Below, piece by piece: positions 1-10,004 of a DNA stretch of 64,000 bases. Location: positions 725-64,724 of the forward strand of contig CAZDEE010000007.1 in NCBI GenBank assembly GCA_964504595.1, given 5' to 3'. The notes beneath the pieces were generated by a model. That model was not told the DNA's origin and did no database searches. It worked only from the letters and a program-made list of their open reading frames with translations. This DNA comes from an uncultured Staphylococcaceae bacterium. Its GTDB lineage: Bacteria > Bacillota_I > Bacilli_A > RFN20 > CAG-826. Positions within the stretch are counted from its first letter, which is position 1. Each line of letters opens with the position of its first letter. The translations under genes were made by a program, and so were the position numbers.

Positions 1-670
1 TTAAAATATCATCTAAGCCATAGACGTTATTCGCACCATTTTGTTTTAAAATTCTTTTACTTCTAAAACGTGTATGAATATCGCATGTCAAGACATCTTT
101 TGTATAGTTTAAAATTGCTTTCGCTTGATTAGCAAAAATTACTTCTACATCGCATCCTTGACTCTTTATTAAATCAATATAAAAATCAATATAATCAACA
201 CCGGTAAACTCATGAACCTTATGGCCAAATAAATTACGATATTGTTCTAATGATAAAATATCACTATATGGATTTACTCCCTTTTCATCTAATTCATCTA
301 AAGTTAATAAAGCATTTCCTACTTCATCACTTGGATAAGATAACATTAAATAAATCTTTTTTACTCCTAAAGCAATTCCTTTTAATAAAATAGAAAATCT
401 ATTTCTTGAAAGAATTGGGAAAATAACTCCTATTTCACCACTAGGAAATTTAGCTTTAACATCTTTTGCAATATCATTTACAGATGCATAATTTCCTTGT
501 GCACGAGCAACAATTGATTCAGTTAAAGCGATAACATCTCTATCGTGTAAATCAAATCCTTCGTTTTGTGAGGCTAAAATCACGCTATTGACAGCGATAG
601 AAGCTAAATCATCGCCTTGTTTAATAATAGGGCATCTAATTCCTCGACTTGTAGTACCAACACTTCTCAT
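1..670 (-). CDS. CofE-like F420-0:gamma-glutamyl ligase family protein (COG1478-like); C-terminus runs off the window
   Basis: Not in the ORF track because it stays open to position 1. Hand translation from ATG 668-670 gives MRSVGTTSRGIRCPIIKQGDDLASIAVNSVILASQNEGFDLHD..., a typical CofE-like N-terminus. It starts 10 nt after the stop (681-683) of the preceding gene. Confidence 0.55.
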   Translation of the reverse strand, partial: MRSVGTTSRGIRCPIIKQGDDLASIAVNSVILASQNEGFDLHDRDVIALTESIVARAQGNYASVNDIAKDVKAKFPSGEIGVIFPILSRNRFSILLKGIALGVKKIYLMLSYPSDEVGNALLTLDELDEKGVNPYSDILSLEQYRNLFGHKVHEFTGVDYIDFYIDLIKSQGCDVEVIFANQAKAILNYTKDVLTCDIHTRFRSKRILKQNGANNVYGLDDIL

Positions 671-680
671 AATTAATAAT

Positions 681-2102
681 TTATCCTTTCTTTGCAATAA
701 TATTTCTTGCAATATAAACTCCACAAGCTCCTGCTTGAGCAAGGCCGCGAGTTAATCCAGCTCCATCTCCACCAACAAACAATCCTTTGATACCTTTAAC
801 TTCTAATGTGTTATCGATATCTGGATGTGCACTATAGTATTTAGCTTCAACTCCATATAATAAAGTATGCTCAGTTGCAATTCCCGGAGTAATTTTATCA
901 AGTACTTTAATCATTTCGACAATTGACTGCATAGTTTTATATGGTAAGCATAATGCTAAATCGCCTGGAACAGCCTCTTTTAAAGTAGGTTTAACAAATC
1001 CTTCTCTTAATCTTTTAACGGTTGTTCTTCTACCTTTTAAGATGTCACCAAAACGTTGTACTAATACAGAACCACAGGCTAATTGATTAGCGAGGGATGA
1101 AACTTTTAAAGCATATTCATTCGGCTTATTAAATGGATCTTCAAAATGATGTGAGACTAACAAAGCAAAGTTTGTATTATCTGAACTATATTTTGAATCA
1201 TTGTATGAATGGCCATTAACATTAACAACACCTTCATAATTTTCCATAACAACATGTCCTCCAGGATTAGAGCAGAATGTTCTTACAGTATTACCTGTTG
1301 ATGTCTTATAAACAAACTTACCTTCATAAAGGTGAGTATTAATCTCTTCCATAATTAAATTATCACACTCAACTCGAACACCTATATCAACTTGAGTTTG
1401 TGACATTTTAATATTATTTTTCTCAAATATATTAGATAGCCATTCGCTTCCTTCTCTTCCGACCGCTAAAACGACCTTATCAGCGAATACTTTTTCATTA
1501 TTATTATCTAAAATGACTCCTTGAATTTGACCATCTTGAACAATAATATCATTTACCGCTATACCAAATTGCATTTCAATCTTATCACTTAAATAAGCAA
1601 AAATACGAGAAAGTATTTTTAAATTCTCTTCGGTTCCTAAATGTCTTACTTTACTACGTAATAACTTAACACCAACAGATAACGCTCTTAATTCAATTTC
1701 TTTAACTTTTGGGGTAAATGGATCAGTTATTAATTCTGTCGCCCCAAACTCAAGATTAATGCTATCAACATAATTAATTAAATCCATTAATTCGTCATTT
1801 GACATATATTCTTGTAGCCAGCCACCAAATTCTGTTGTGATATTAAATTTTCCATCAGAATACGCACCTGCTCCACCAAATCCCGAGGTAATAGAGCAAG
1901 CTGGGAAACATTCCCTATATCCTTCCTTATTAAGAGGACATTTATCAATTTTATGATTCAGTACCGGGCAATTCCTTGTATGTATATCTCTTCCCTTATC
2001 AATAAGTAAAATAGATTTATTAGGATCTAATTTACTAAGCTCATAAGCGCAAAAATAACCAGCAGGGCCTGCGCCAACAATAATGACATCATATTTTCTC
2101 AT
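681..2102 (-). CDS. FAD-dependent oxidoreductase (COG2509-like uncharacterised flavoprotein)
   Basis: N-terminal Rossmann dinucleotide motif YDVIIVGAGPAGYFCAYEL; a Cys-rich block (NCPVLNHKIDKCPLNKEGYRECFPAC); 473 aa. Confidence 0.7.
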   Translation of the reverse strand: MRKYDVIIVGAGPAGYFCAYELSKLDPNKSILLIDKGRDIHTRNCPVLNHKIDKCPLNKEGYRECFPACSITSGFGGAGAYSDGKFNITTEFGGWLQEYMSNDELMDLINYVDSINLEFGATELITDPFTPKVKEIELRALSVGVKLLRSKVRHLGTEENLKILSRIFAYLSDKIEMQFGIAVNDIIVQDGQIQGVILDNNNEKVFADKVVLAVGREGSEWLSNIFEKNNIKMSQTQVDIGVRVECDNLIMEEINTHLYEGKFVYKTSTGNTVRTFCSNPGGHVVMENYEGVVNVNGHSYNDSKYSSDNTNFALLVSHHFEDPFNKPNEYALKVSSLANQLACGSVLVQRFGDILKGRRTTVKRLREGFVKPTLKEAVPGDLALCLPYKTMQSIVEMIKVLDKITPGIATEHTLLYGVEAKYYSAHPDIDNTLEVKGIKGLFVGGDGAGLTRGLAQAGACGVYIARNIIAKKG

Positions 2103-2203
2103 AATATCGTCCCTCCAAGGATTTTATTATAAATAAAATTTAACTAAATATCTATAGTAAAGAAAAAAAGATTATTCAAGTTTTAAAAAAATACACAAAA
2201 TAA

Positions 2204-2241
2204 AAGGCATCAACTTGCATAATATTACAAATAGATGCCTT
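2204..2241 (-). terminator. Putative intrinsic terminator downstream of mntP
   Basis: An 8-bp perfect stem (aaggcatc / gatgcctt). On the minus-strand transcript it is followed by a U-rich tract (complement of the A-run at about 2197-2203). The 22-nt loop is large. Confidence 0.45.
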
Positions 2242-2273
2242 CATTTAATTTATTATTTGTTATTTACTATTTT

Positions 2274-2900
2274 TTATAAGATTGTATGTTCAAGTAAAAT
2301 CGAAAAACCAATAACTATTAACACAATGCCTCCAATAAAAGGAGCTACTTTATTAAATATGCTACCTATTTTTTTACCAAACAATCCTCCAATTAAAGAA
2401 AGAATAAAAGTAACAACTACAATAACTGGAACAATTCCCCAAATTGTCATCTGTTGATAATTTTCAACGCCTAATGAAGCATATAAAGATATTCCTACTG
2501 CAAGAGCGTCAATACTTGTTGCAACACTTTGAAGCAACATCCCTCCAATAGTCAAATCATCGTTATTCTCATCATTTTCCTCTGCAGAACTAGATTCTTT
2601 TTTTCTAACTTCCTTAATTCCATCAAAAACCATTTTTCCACCTAAATAACAAAGAAGAGCCAAAGCAATCCAATGATCCATAGATTTAACAACACTATCT
2701 ACATTACTATTCAAACTTGTTAATGACATTAAATAGTAACCAACAAGAGGCATAATACCTTGAAACAATCCAAAAAGTAATGATGTAAATATCATTTTCT
2801 TTTTCGAATAGTTTTTATAAACAAGTCCATTAGTAATTGAAACAGTTGTGGCATCAACCGCTAAAGAACAAGATAAAATTAATACTTCAATAAAACCCAT
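2274..2900 (-). CDS. mntP: Manganese efflux pump MntP family
   Basis: Two DUF204-type halves (SLAVDATTVSITNG and ATSIDALAVGISL) separated by an acidic loop. The ATG at 2898-2900 is preceded by GGAG; the track ORF begins at an upstream TTG (2915). Confidence 0.7.
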   Translation of the reverse strand: MGFIEVLILSCSLAVDATTVSITNGLVYKNYSKKKMIFTSLLFGLFQGIMPLVGYYLMSLTSLNSNVDSVVKSMDHWIALALLCYLGGKMVFDGIKEVRKKESSSAEENDENNDDLTIGGMLLQSVATSIDALAVGISLYASLGVENYQQMTIWGIVPVIVVVTFILSLIGGLFGKKIGSIFNKVAPFIGGIVLIVIGFSILLEHTIL

Positions 2901-2938
2901 GAAAACAATCTCCAATTTTTTTAAATAATTACATTAAA

Positions 2939-4165
2939 TTAGAAAGCCCAATTTCCGTTTTGGAAAATCAAGACTTCTCTTCCATCCTCTAATATACCTT
3001 TAATTTCTAAATCAGGCGCGCCAATCATGAAATCAACATGAATCATCGAATCGTTAACACCCATTGCATCAAATTGTTCTTTTGTATACTTTGAATAATC
3101 TTTAATACAATTTGAAAATCCTCTTCCTAAAGCTAAGTGACAAGATGCATTTTCATCGAACAATGTATTATAGAATAATATATTTGAATTTGAAATAGGT
3201 GAATCATATGGAACTAAAGCAACTTCACCTAAATAAGGTGCGTTTTCATCCATAGAAATCATTGTTTTTAATAATTCTTCACCAACACGAGCATGAACTT
3301 CAACTGCTTTACCATTTTCAAATCTAATTGAAAAATCTTCAATCAATTCGCCATTATATGAAAGTGGTTTAGTTGCATAAACAATACCTTCCGCTTCACC
3401 TTTTTTAGGTGTTACAAAGCATTCTTCTGTAGGCATATTTGGATTAAAATAAATCTTGCTAGTCGCAGTATATTCTCCGCCACCTAAGAATAAAGCATCT
3501 TTTATTAACCCAACTTTGAAATCTGTACCATTACTTGAATGATAATGCAATTCTTTCAAACCTAAGCCATTTAAATAATCGCATTTACTTTGCATTTCTT
3601 TATTATGTTTTTCCCAAGCTAAAATTGGATCATCATCCACTCTTGTGGTATATAAAATTGCATCCCATAATTTATCAAAAGCAACTTTTTTAGAATCATT
3701 AGGAAATACCTTTTTAGCCCATGCATAGGAAGGAACCGCAACAATAGTCCATTGATATTCATTTTCCATTCGATCTCTAAATGCTTTTATTTGAGGGAAT
3801 CTTATCTTCATTGCTTTTGAATTTTTCTCTTGATCAATTCCCTTTAAGGAATCAGGATCACTTGATTCAATATAAATCATAACTGGTAATGTTGATGCTT
3901 GCCATTCCCATTTTTCAAGTTCCCATTTTTCTAAAGAGCCTAATGTTTTAACATTTTGATATTTAACATCTAATTTACGTAATTCGTCATCGTTCCATTG
4001 AACAACAACCTTTTTAGCGCCCGCTTTATAGCATTCTTGAACCACTAAACGAACAAATTCACTTTGATCAATCTCCGCTCGGACAATAACATCTTGACCT
4101 TTTTGAACATTCGCACCTACACGAGCTATTAATTTAGCATATTTTTTTAATACATTCTTTTTCAT
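2939..4165 (-). CDS. Aminopeptidase, M29 family (AmpS/PepS-like)
   Basis: LKKYAKLIARVGANVQKGQDVIVRAEIDQ at the N-terminus and NASCHLALGRGF near the C-terminus. The start was moved to the third Met of the track ORF because AAGG abuts the first ATG. Confidence 0.8.
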   Translation of the reverse strand: MKKNVLKKYAKLIARVGANVQKGQDVIVRAEIDQSEFVRLVVQECYKAGAKKVVVQWNDDELRKLDVKYQNVKTLGSLEKWELEKWEWQASTLPVMIYIESSDPDSLKGIDQEKNSKAMKIRFPQIKAFRDRMENEYQWTIVAVPSYAWAKKVFPNDSKKVAFDKLWDAILYTTRVDDDPILAWEKHNKEMQSKCDYLNGLGLKELHYHSSNGTDFKVGLIKDALFLGGGEYTATSKIYFNPNMPTEECFVTPKKGEAEGIVYATKPLSYNGELIEDFSIRFENGKAVEVHARVGEELLKTMISMDENAPYLGEVALVPYDSPISNSNILFYNTLFDENASCHLALGRGFSNCIKDYSKYTKEQFDAMGVNDSMIHVDFMIGAPDLEIKGILEDGREVLIFQNGNWAF

Positions 4166-4339
4166 AATCATCCTTCTTTCGCATTTAATAATAGCACAAA
4201 TCTTTATTAATATAAATTTAATAAAAATATTGTATTATATTTGTGGTAAAATAATTTTAGTTTTTAATAAAAAAACTAGTTTTATTAAAATCTATTTAAG
4301 TTAGAAGTCATCTACTTAATTTCTTAAAAAAGGAGTGAT

Positions 4340-4933
4340 TTGTATATGAAAATAAAATTAAGTGATTGCATTGATAGTGTATTTTTATTAATTATAGGTA
4401 TTCTCTTCCTTGTATTTCCCTCACAAATGATCAATTGGATTGGTTTAATCGTTGGTATTTATTTTATCGGCAAAGCTCTAATAGGCTTCTTATTTCCACT
4501 TATTTTCCCATTATCTAGAATTTCCGCTGGTATTAATTTATGCATCGGTATTCTATGCTTAGTATTATGGGGATTATTCCTTAAATTCATTATGATTTTA
4601 ATGAGTATTATTTTATTAGGTGAAGGACTTACAAGTCTAACAAAAACTCCACTTGATTTAAAAAATAAAAAAACTTATTTACCTAATATTCTTGCCATTC
4701 TTGAAACATTATTTGGTGTTACGATATTTGTTACCGCAATTATAAATGCAGAAAATGTATTAGGAATTTTATCCGGTATCACATTAATAATTCTTGCAGT
4801 AATAACATTTCTTAACTCTGCATGTGGAAAAAGCAATGATTCAACCAACGATAATAACAGCGACAGAATCAAGTTTAAATCCGATGTTATCGATGCTGAA
4901 ATCGTAAGTGAAAAACATACCCATCAAGACTAA
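4340..4933 (+). CDS. Hypothetical integral membrane protein (about 6 TM, HdeD/DUF308-like appearance)
   Basis: Hydrophobic repeats with a charged C-terminal tail. The start may be TTG 4340 or ATG 4346, after AGGAG at 4331-4335. Confidence 0.5.
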   Translation: MYMKIKLSDCIDSVFLLIIGILFLVFPSQMINWIGLIVGIYFIGKALIGFLFPLIFPLSRISAGINLCIGILCLVLWGLFLKFIMILMSIILLGEGLTSLTKTPLDLKNKKTYLPNILAILETLFGVTIFVTAIINAENVLGILSGITLIILAVITFLNSACGKSNDSTNDNNSDRIKFKSDVIDAEIVSEKHTHQD

Positions 4934-5120
4934 ATAGCTCTATATGTATTTAACCAAAAAAGTTAAGCTAACTAAAGTAGTTAGAAATACTTAAAAAGTT
5001 AAGTACAAGAGCTTTTTTTATTATCATTTTTCATATTTCATTCATTAAAACTAATAAAAAAGAAACCAATCATAAAGCTAATACTCTATAAATCAGTTTC
5101 TATTAATCTTTATTAATAAA

Positions 5121-5708
5121 CTATTTATTAAATTCAGTTAATTCTATAAAGTGAGGTAAACTTTCACACCACTTACAGAAAATATTCCATTCCTTTAATT
5201 TATGATGTTTTCTTTGATGATACATCGTTTTTAATTGTTGATAATTAGTGGTCATTGTTGCGCCTAAGCAAAATCCGCATGGAAGAGAAGCAACAATCTT
5301 TCTCCATAATAATTGTTTTGTTTCTCCTTCCTCTAAGGTTTTATACTCTTCTACCAATTTGGCAATAACCGCTAAAACTTCACTAGATGTCTCTTCAACA
5401 CATTGATCATTAATCTCAAATTTCATTAAGCAATGCATCGTTGATTGTGAAGAAATAAAATCAAACCAATGATATCTTTGTGCTTGTTTCCACCAATATA
5501 AAGGTGCGGTTACATCCATTTGCACTAAAATACCTTTTAAATAATTATCATGACCTTCTCCAGATTTAGTTGTGCCTAGCTTCATTGCTCTTCTAAAATC
5601 CGCATCAGTAACTTCACTATCATCAATAACTGTTCTCATAGGATTTCCAGAAGCCTTTACCGCTCTATCCAATCCATAAACTGATGTATTTTTAATATTA
5701 AATTCCAT
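5121..5708 (-). CDS. Divergent ThyX-fold (FAD-dependent thymidylate synthase-like) protein lacking the canonical signature
   Basis: The block GEGHDNYLKGILVQMDVTAPLYWWKQAQRYHWFDFISSQSTM resembles the ThyX GH...RHRxxS...SxR region, and TTNYQQLKTMYHQRKHHKLKEW resembles the C-terminal ThyX block. ATG 5706-5708 follows GGGAGG and overlaps the folD stop. Confidence 0.45.
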   Translation of the reverse strand: MEFNIKNTSVYGLDRAVKASGNPMRTVIDDSEVTDADFRRAMKLGTTKSGEGHDNYLKGILVQMDVTAPLYWWKQAQRYHWFDFISSQSTMHCLMKFEINDQCVEETSSEVLAVIAKLVEEYKTLEEGETKQLLWRKIVASLPCGFCLGATMTTNYQQLKTMYHQRKHHKLKEWNIFCKWCESLPHFIELTEFNK

Positions 5709-6492
5709 TTTTATAAGCCTCCCAAACATTTTTTAATAATGATAATCTCGTTAATAAACCCACCCCTCCAGGAACAGGTGTTTGAAGTTGAACTTTTAAT
5801 CCAGGTTTGCAATCACCATAAAGTTTTCCTTCTTCTCGAACAATGCCAATATCAACAATAATCGCATTTTCTTTATATGTAATCGAATCATCTAACATCC
5901 ATTTTTTGCCTACTGCACTAAAAATTAAATCAGCATTTTCTAAATATCTTTTTTTGTCTTCTTCCTTTGTTCTTGAATGTAAAACAGTACAGTTCGTACT
6001 TAAATCAATTAACAATTTTGCTAAAGGACGTCCAACAATATTGCTTCTACCAATTACAACAGCATTCTTGCCACTAAAAGAAACATTTTCCGCTTTTAAA
6101 TAATCAATAACACCTTTAGGAGTGCATGCGATAAAAGAAGAACAAGGATGGAATCCATCAACATCTTTTAAAGGATTAACATATAATTTAATCTTTTCTT
6201 CATCAATATGTGCAGGTAAAGGCATCTGCACAATATAGCCATGAACATCATCACGAGTATTTAACTCATCTAACACTTTAAGTAAATCTTCTTCACTAGT
6301 ATTCAAAGATAATTTTATTAATTCAGAAATAATTCCAACTTCACTACAATCTTTTATCTTACCTTTAACATAGGCATTGCTTGCTGGATCATCATTCATT
6401 TGCACAATAACCAAATGAGGTTTAATAATTAAGTTATCAATTTTTTCTTTTAATTTTATTTTTTCTTGATTAACATATTCTTTTATTTCCAT
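5698..6492 (-). CDS. folD: Bifunctional 5,10-methylene-THF dehydrogenase/cyclohydrolase
   Basis: PHLVIVQMNDDPASNAYVKGKIK, GYIVQMPLPAHI, VVIGRSNIVGRPLAKLL and PVPGGVGLLT motifs. Confidence 0.9.
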   Translation of the reverse strand: MEIKEYVNQEKIKLKEKIDNLIIKPHLVIVQMNDDPASNAYVKGKIKDCSEVGIISELIKLSLNTSEEDLLKVLDELNTRDDVHGYIVQMPLPAHIDEEKIKLYVNPLKDVDGFHPCSSFIACTPKGVIDYLKAENVSFSGKNAVVIGRSNIVGRPLAKLLIDLSTNCTVLHSRTKEEDKKRYLENADLIFSAVGKKWMLDDSITYKENAIIVDIGIVREEGKLYGDCKPGLKVQLQTPVPGGVGLLTRLSLLKNVWEAYKNGI

Positions 6493-6708
6493 AACAACAC
6501 TCCCTAAGAATGACTTCCATATGATTATATCATGAAACCTCTTTATTAACTATAAATTTATAAACTAATTAAAAAGTAAACTTCATAGTTAAAAAATAAA
6601 CTAAAATCAAAGGCATTATTCTTTTTTTCTTATTAAAAGCGCATTTAACTTATAATTAATTTTTTGATTAATATGTTATAATTAAACAATAAATAGGAGT
6701 GAAAAAGT

Positions 6709-7617
6709 ATGGCAAATCCAAATCTAAAAGAAAATAAATTAATTAGAACCGTCGTGTTACCTTTTCGTAATGTAATTAAAACTTTTTTCCCTATTACATA
6801 TGTAAAGCTTCAATATAAGTATATTACACATCATAAACTAAATTTAAAAAATCCTATTAGATATACAGAAAAGCTTCAATATTTAAGAGTGTATACTTAT
6901 CCGAAAAATCCTCTTGTTAGCAAATGTGCTTCTCGAGATGGCTTAAGAGAATACGCTAGTGAATTAGGATTAGAAAAATATCTTGTTCCTATCATAGGTA
7001 TTTATTCATCTTTTGATGAAATAGATTTTAATAAATTACCAGATGCATTTGTTATGAAATGTACTCACGGAAGCGCAATGAACGCAATTATAGAAGATAA
7101 AGCAATAATTGATATCTTAGATTTAAAAAAGAAATTTGATAAATGGCTTAAAACTGATTATGGTAAAAAAACAATGGAAAGACATTATTCTCCTATTAAG
7201 CCAAAAATAATAATTGAACATCTATTAAAAGAAAATGATTATTTACCTATTGAGTATAAAATTCATGTATTTAATGGAAAAGCAAAATCATTATATGTTG
7301 TTACAAACAGAGGAAAGGATATCCGCTACACCAACTTCTACATTAATTGGGAAAGATTTGATGGATCACAATTTAATGGTTGGAAAAGTAGTAAAATAGA
7401 ACCTTCAAAGCCAAATAATTTTGATGAAATGATTTTTCTTGCTGAAAAATTAGCCTCACCTTTTCCTTTTGTGCGAGTGGATCTTTACTCCATTGAAGGA
7501 AAGATATATATAAGTGAAATGACATTTACACCCGCAAAAGGAACGCTTATACTTGATGATGATAATGCTGATTTTGAAATGGGAAGATGGTTAAAACTAG
7601 AAATGGAGGATAAATAA
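6709..7617 (+). CDS. ATP-grasp amidoligase, TupA-like family
   Basis: NLKNPIRYTEKLQYLRV, FVMKCTHGSAMN, EYKIHVFNGKAKSLYV and FVRVDLYSIEGKIYISEMTFTP match the TupA-like ATP-grasp pattern. Confidence 0.7.
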   Translation: MANPNLKENKLIRTVVLPFRNVIKTFFPITYVKLQYKYITHHKLNLKNPIRYTEKLQYLRVYTYPKNPLVSKCASRDGLREYASELGLEKYLVPIIGIYSSFDEIDFNKLPDAFVMKCTHGSAMNAIIEDKAIIDILDLKKKFDKWLKTDYGKKTMERHYSPIKPKIIIEHLLKENDYLPIEYKIHVFNGKAKSLYVVTNRGKDIRYTNFYINWERFDGSQFNGWKSSKIEPSKPNNFDEMIFLAEKLASPFPFVRVDLYSIEGKIYISEMTFTPAKGTLILDDDNADFEMGRWLKLEMEDK

Positions 7618-8565
7618 ATGGTTTCAAGTAGAATACTTAAAGGTGCCGGTTGCCTAGCAATTGCAGGAGCGGTAGGCGTTATAGTTATATATGGCGGAGG
7701 TGACAAAGAAGAAATCTGTAAAGATGAATCTCAAATTAGCTTTTATGGAGACCATAAAAATCATTGTCTTAATATAGAAGATAAAATTATTAATGATTAT
7801 ACTTATCATCCTTATGAAAGTTCAGATAGCAGTGAAAGTTCTCCTATATTTAAAAATATTAAAAACGGAGTTAAGAACATAAGCGATGTCGAAGATGAGT
7901 TCTGTACACCTTATCTAAATGTATTAAATCAAAATTCCGTTGAAGACACTTATACATTAGATGATATAAAAAAGAACAATATTTTCTACAGCATGGCTTA
8001 TGCTCAATATTATGGATTAACAAACTACGCTGATTTAAAAGAAAAAGATTTAAAAATTCCTAGTATTTTTGATGGAGGCATCAATTGTTCTGTTGCAAAT
8101 AGTCGAATTTTTATTAAAGAAAGTGTTGGTGAAAATGAAAATTTAATTCCAACATTCAATTTAAATAAAACCGCAAAAAGCATCAATTACTTTGCAATAT
8201 TTGCTTCATGTAATAACGGAAATATGGATGTTGAATTCACATTTTCCTTATATAAAAAAGAAAGTGATGATAAGTATACTAGATATAAATTTATCTTTGA
8301 TGTCAATATTGGAGGTAATTCTGTAGGTATTCCAAGTTTCTTTGGAGGATACTTTGAAGATTTTATAGATGAAAATTCTAATCAATTTGACCTATCTAAT
8401 TTAGAAGGATGTTATATTATTAGCGTTTCTTATAAAATAAAAGAAAATGGATTACATCCTAACACTCCATTGGAAAATGAAGAAAAATATAAATTTGGAT
8501 TTTTAAAGCTTTATGAAGTTTTACTTCCTGAATCAACATGGTATGAAAAAGGGCTATCAAACTGA
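7618..8565 (+). CDS. Hypothetical membrane-anchored/exported protein
   Basis: The ATG directly follows the stop of the ATP-grasp gene (TAA-ATG). One N-terminal TM segment (GAGCLAIAGAVGVIVIYGG). No recognisable domain. Confidence 0.45.
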   Translation: MVSSRILKGAGCLAIAGAVGVIVIYGGGDKEEICKDESQISFYGDHKNHCLNIEDKIINDYTYHPYESSDSSESSPIFKNIKNGVKNISDVEDEFCTPYLNVLNQNSVEDTYTLDDIKKNNIFYSMAYAQYYGLTNYADLKEKDLKIPSIFDGGINCSVANSRIFIKESVGENENLIPTFNLNKTAKSINYFAIFASCNNGNMDVEFTFSLYKKESDDKYTRYKFIFDVNIGGNSVGIPSFFGGYFEDFIDENSNQFDLSNLEGCYIISVSYKIKENGLHPNTPLENEEKYKFGFLKLYEVLLPESTWYEKGLSN

Positions 8566-8576
8566 CAGCCCCTTTT

Positions 8577-10004
8577 TTAACGATTTTTTAATTCTTCAAC
8601 GATTAATTTATTAGTTAAAGCAGGATTAGCTTTTCCTTGAGATTTTTTCATAACCATTCCCACTAAAAAGCCAATTGCACGATCTTTACCATTTTTATAA
8701 TCTTCGATTGATTGAGGATATTCATCTAAAACTTGCATCACTAAATTTCTAATAGAATCAACATCACTAATTTGAGTCATATTTAATTTGCTAGCAATTT
8801 TTGAAGGCGATTCAAATGTCTTGAGCATTATTTCAAATACTTGACGACTTTGTTTTGAAGAAATAGTGCCTTTTGTTACCATTTCAATTAATTCTGCAAG
8901 TAAATTTGGATTTAATTTAAATTCATTAATTGTAATCATTTCTTTATTTAAATAACCCATAACATCAACCATTACCCAGTTACAAGCAAGTTTATATTGA
9001 GTTGTATGCTTACAGACTACATCATAATAAGAAGAAATATCTTTATCCGACAATAATTGTTCAATATCATAATCACCTAATCCATAAACATCCTTATATG
9101 TTTTACGTTTTTCATCCGCTAAAACAGGGCATGTTCTGATAGCTTCTTCAATAAACTCATCTGATAATCTAATTGGAACAATATTAGCTTCTGGATAATA
9201 TTTATAATCAACCGCATCTGTTTTCTTTCTCATTAAAACAGTTGTTTTAGTTGCTTCATCAAATCTTCTCGTTTCTTGTTCGACTGGAATTCCTGAAAGT
9301 AACAATTGTGTTTGTCGTTTAATTTCACACTCAATCGCGCGTTCAATATTCGCAATTGAATTTAAGTTTTTAATTTCAACTTTGGTGCCAAATTTATCAC
9401 TTCCGTATGGTCTTAAGGAAATATTAACATCACAACGAAGTGAACCTTCTTCCATTTTTCCATCACTTACATCTGCGAAAACAACAATTGAACGAATTGC
9501 TTCAACGTATTTACGCGCTTCTTCACCGGTTCTAAAATCTGGTTTAGTAACAATTTCAATTAACGGTGTACCAGCACGATTATAATCTAATAAAGAACAA
9601 TCTCCTAAATGGAGTTGTTTACATGTATCTTCCTCTAAATGAATTCTTTCGATTTCAATATGACGAACTCCTAATGAAGTTTCAATATCAATATATCCAT
9701 TTTTACCAATTGGTCTTTTATCTTGTGTAATTTGGAATCCTTTTGGTAAATCGGCATAGAAATAGTTTTTACGATCAAAATGGAGCTCATTATCAATAGT
9801 CATATGAAGTGCATGAGCAACGCGAATTCCATTGATTACTGCTTGCTTATTTACCACAGGCATTGAACCAGGAAAAGCAAAATCAAGAGGCATAACATTC
9901 GTATTTGGAAAAGAACCAAAGCGAACTGGAGCGGTTGAAAACATTTTAGTATTTGTCTTCATCTCAACATGGATTTCAAGTCCTATAATAGCTTCAAAAT
10001 TCAT
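8577..10004 (-). CDS. gatB: Asp/Glu-tRNA amidotransferase subunit B
   Basis: MNFEAIIGLEIHVEMKT..., NRAGTPLIEIVTKPD, 475 aa; last gene of gatCAB. Confidence 0.95.
   Translation of the reverse strand: MNFEAIIGLEIHVEMKTNTKMFSTAPVRFGSFPNTNVMPLDFAFPGSMPVVNKQAVINGIRVAHALHMTIDNELHFDRKNYFYADLPKGFQITQDKRPIGKNGYIDIETSLGVRHIEIERIHLEEDTCKQLHLGDCSLLDYNRAGTPLIEIVTKPDFRTGEEARKYVEAIRSIVVFADVSDGKMEEGSLRCDVNISLRPYGSDKFGTKVEIKNLNSIANIERAIECEIKRQTQLLLSGIPVEQETRRFDEATKTTVLMRKKTDAVDYKYYPEANIVPIRLSDEFIEEAIRTCPVLADEKRKTYKDVYGLGDYDIEQLLSDKDISSYYDVVCKHTTQYKLACNWVMVDVMGYLNKEMITINEFKLNPNLLAELIEMVTKGTISSKQSRQVFEIMLKTFESPSKIASKLNMTQISDVDSIRNLVMQVLDEYPQSIEDYKNGKDRAIGFLVGMVMKKSQGKANPALTNKLIVEELKNR

Noticed and set aside
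4934-5120. Possible terminator or small-RNA structures between the membrane-protein gene and the ThyX-like gene: ctaacta/tagttag, agaaac/gtttct and a duplicated aaaaagttaag.
   Set aside because: The stems are only 6-7 bp with long loops in AT-rich DNA. I could not support a specific call.
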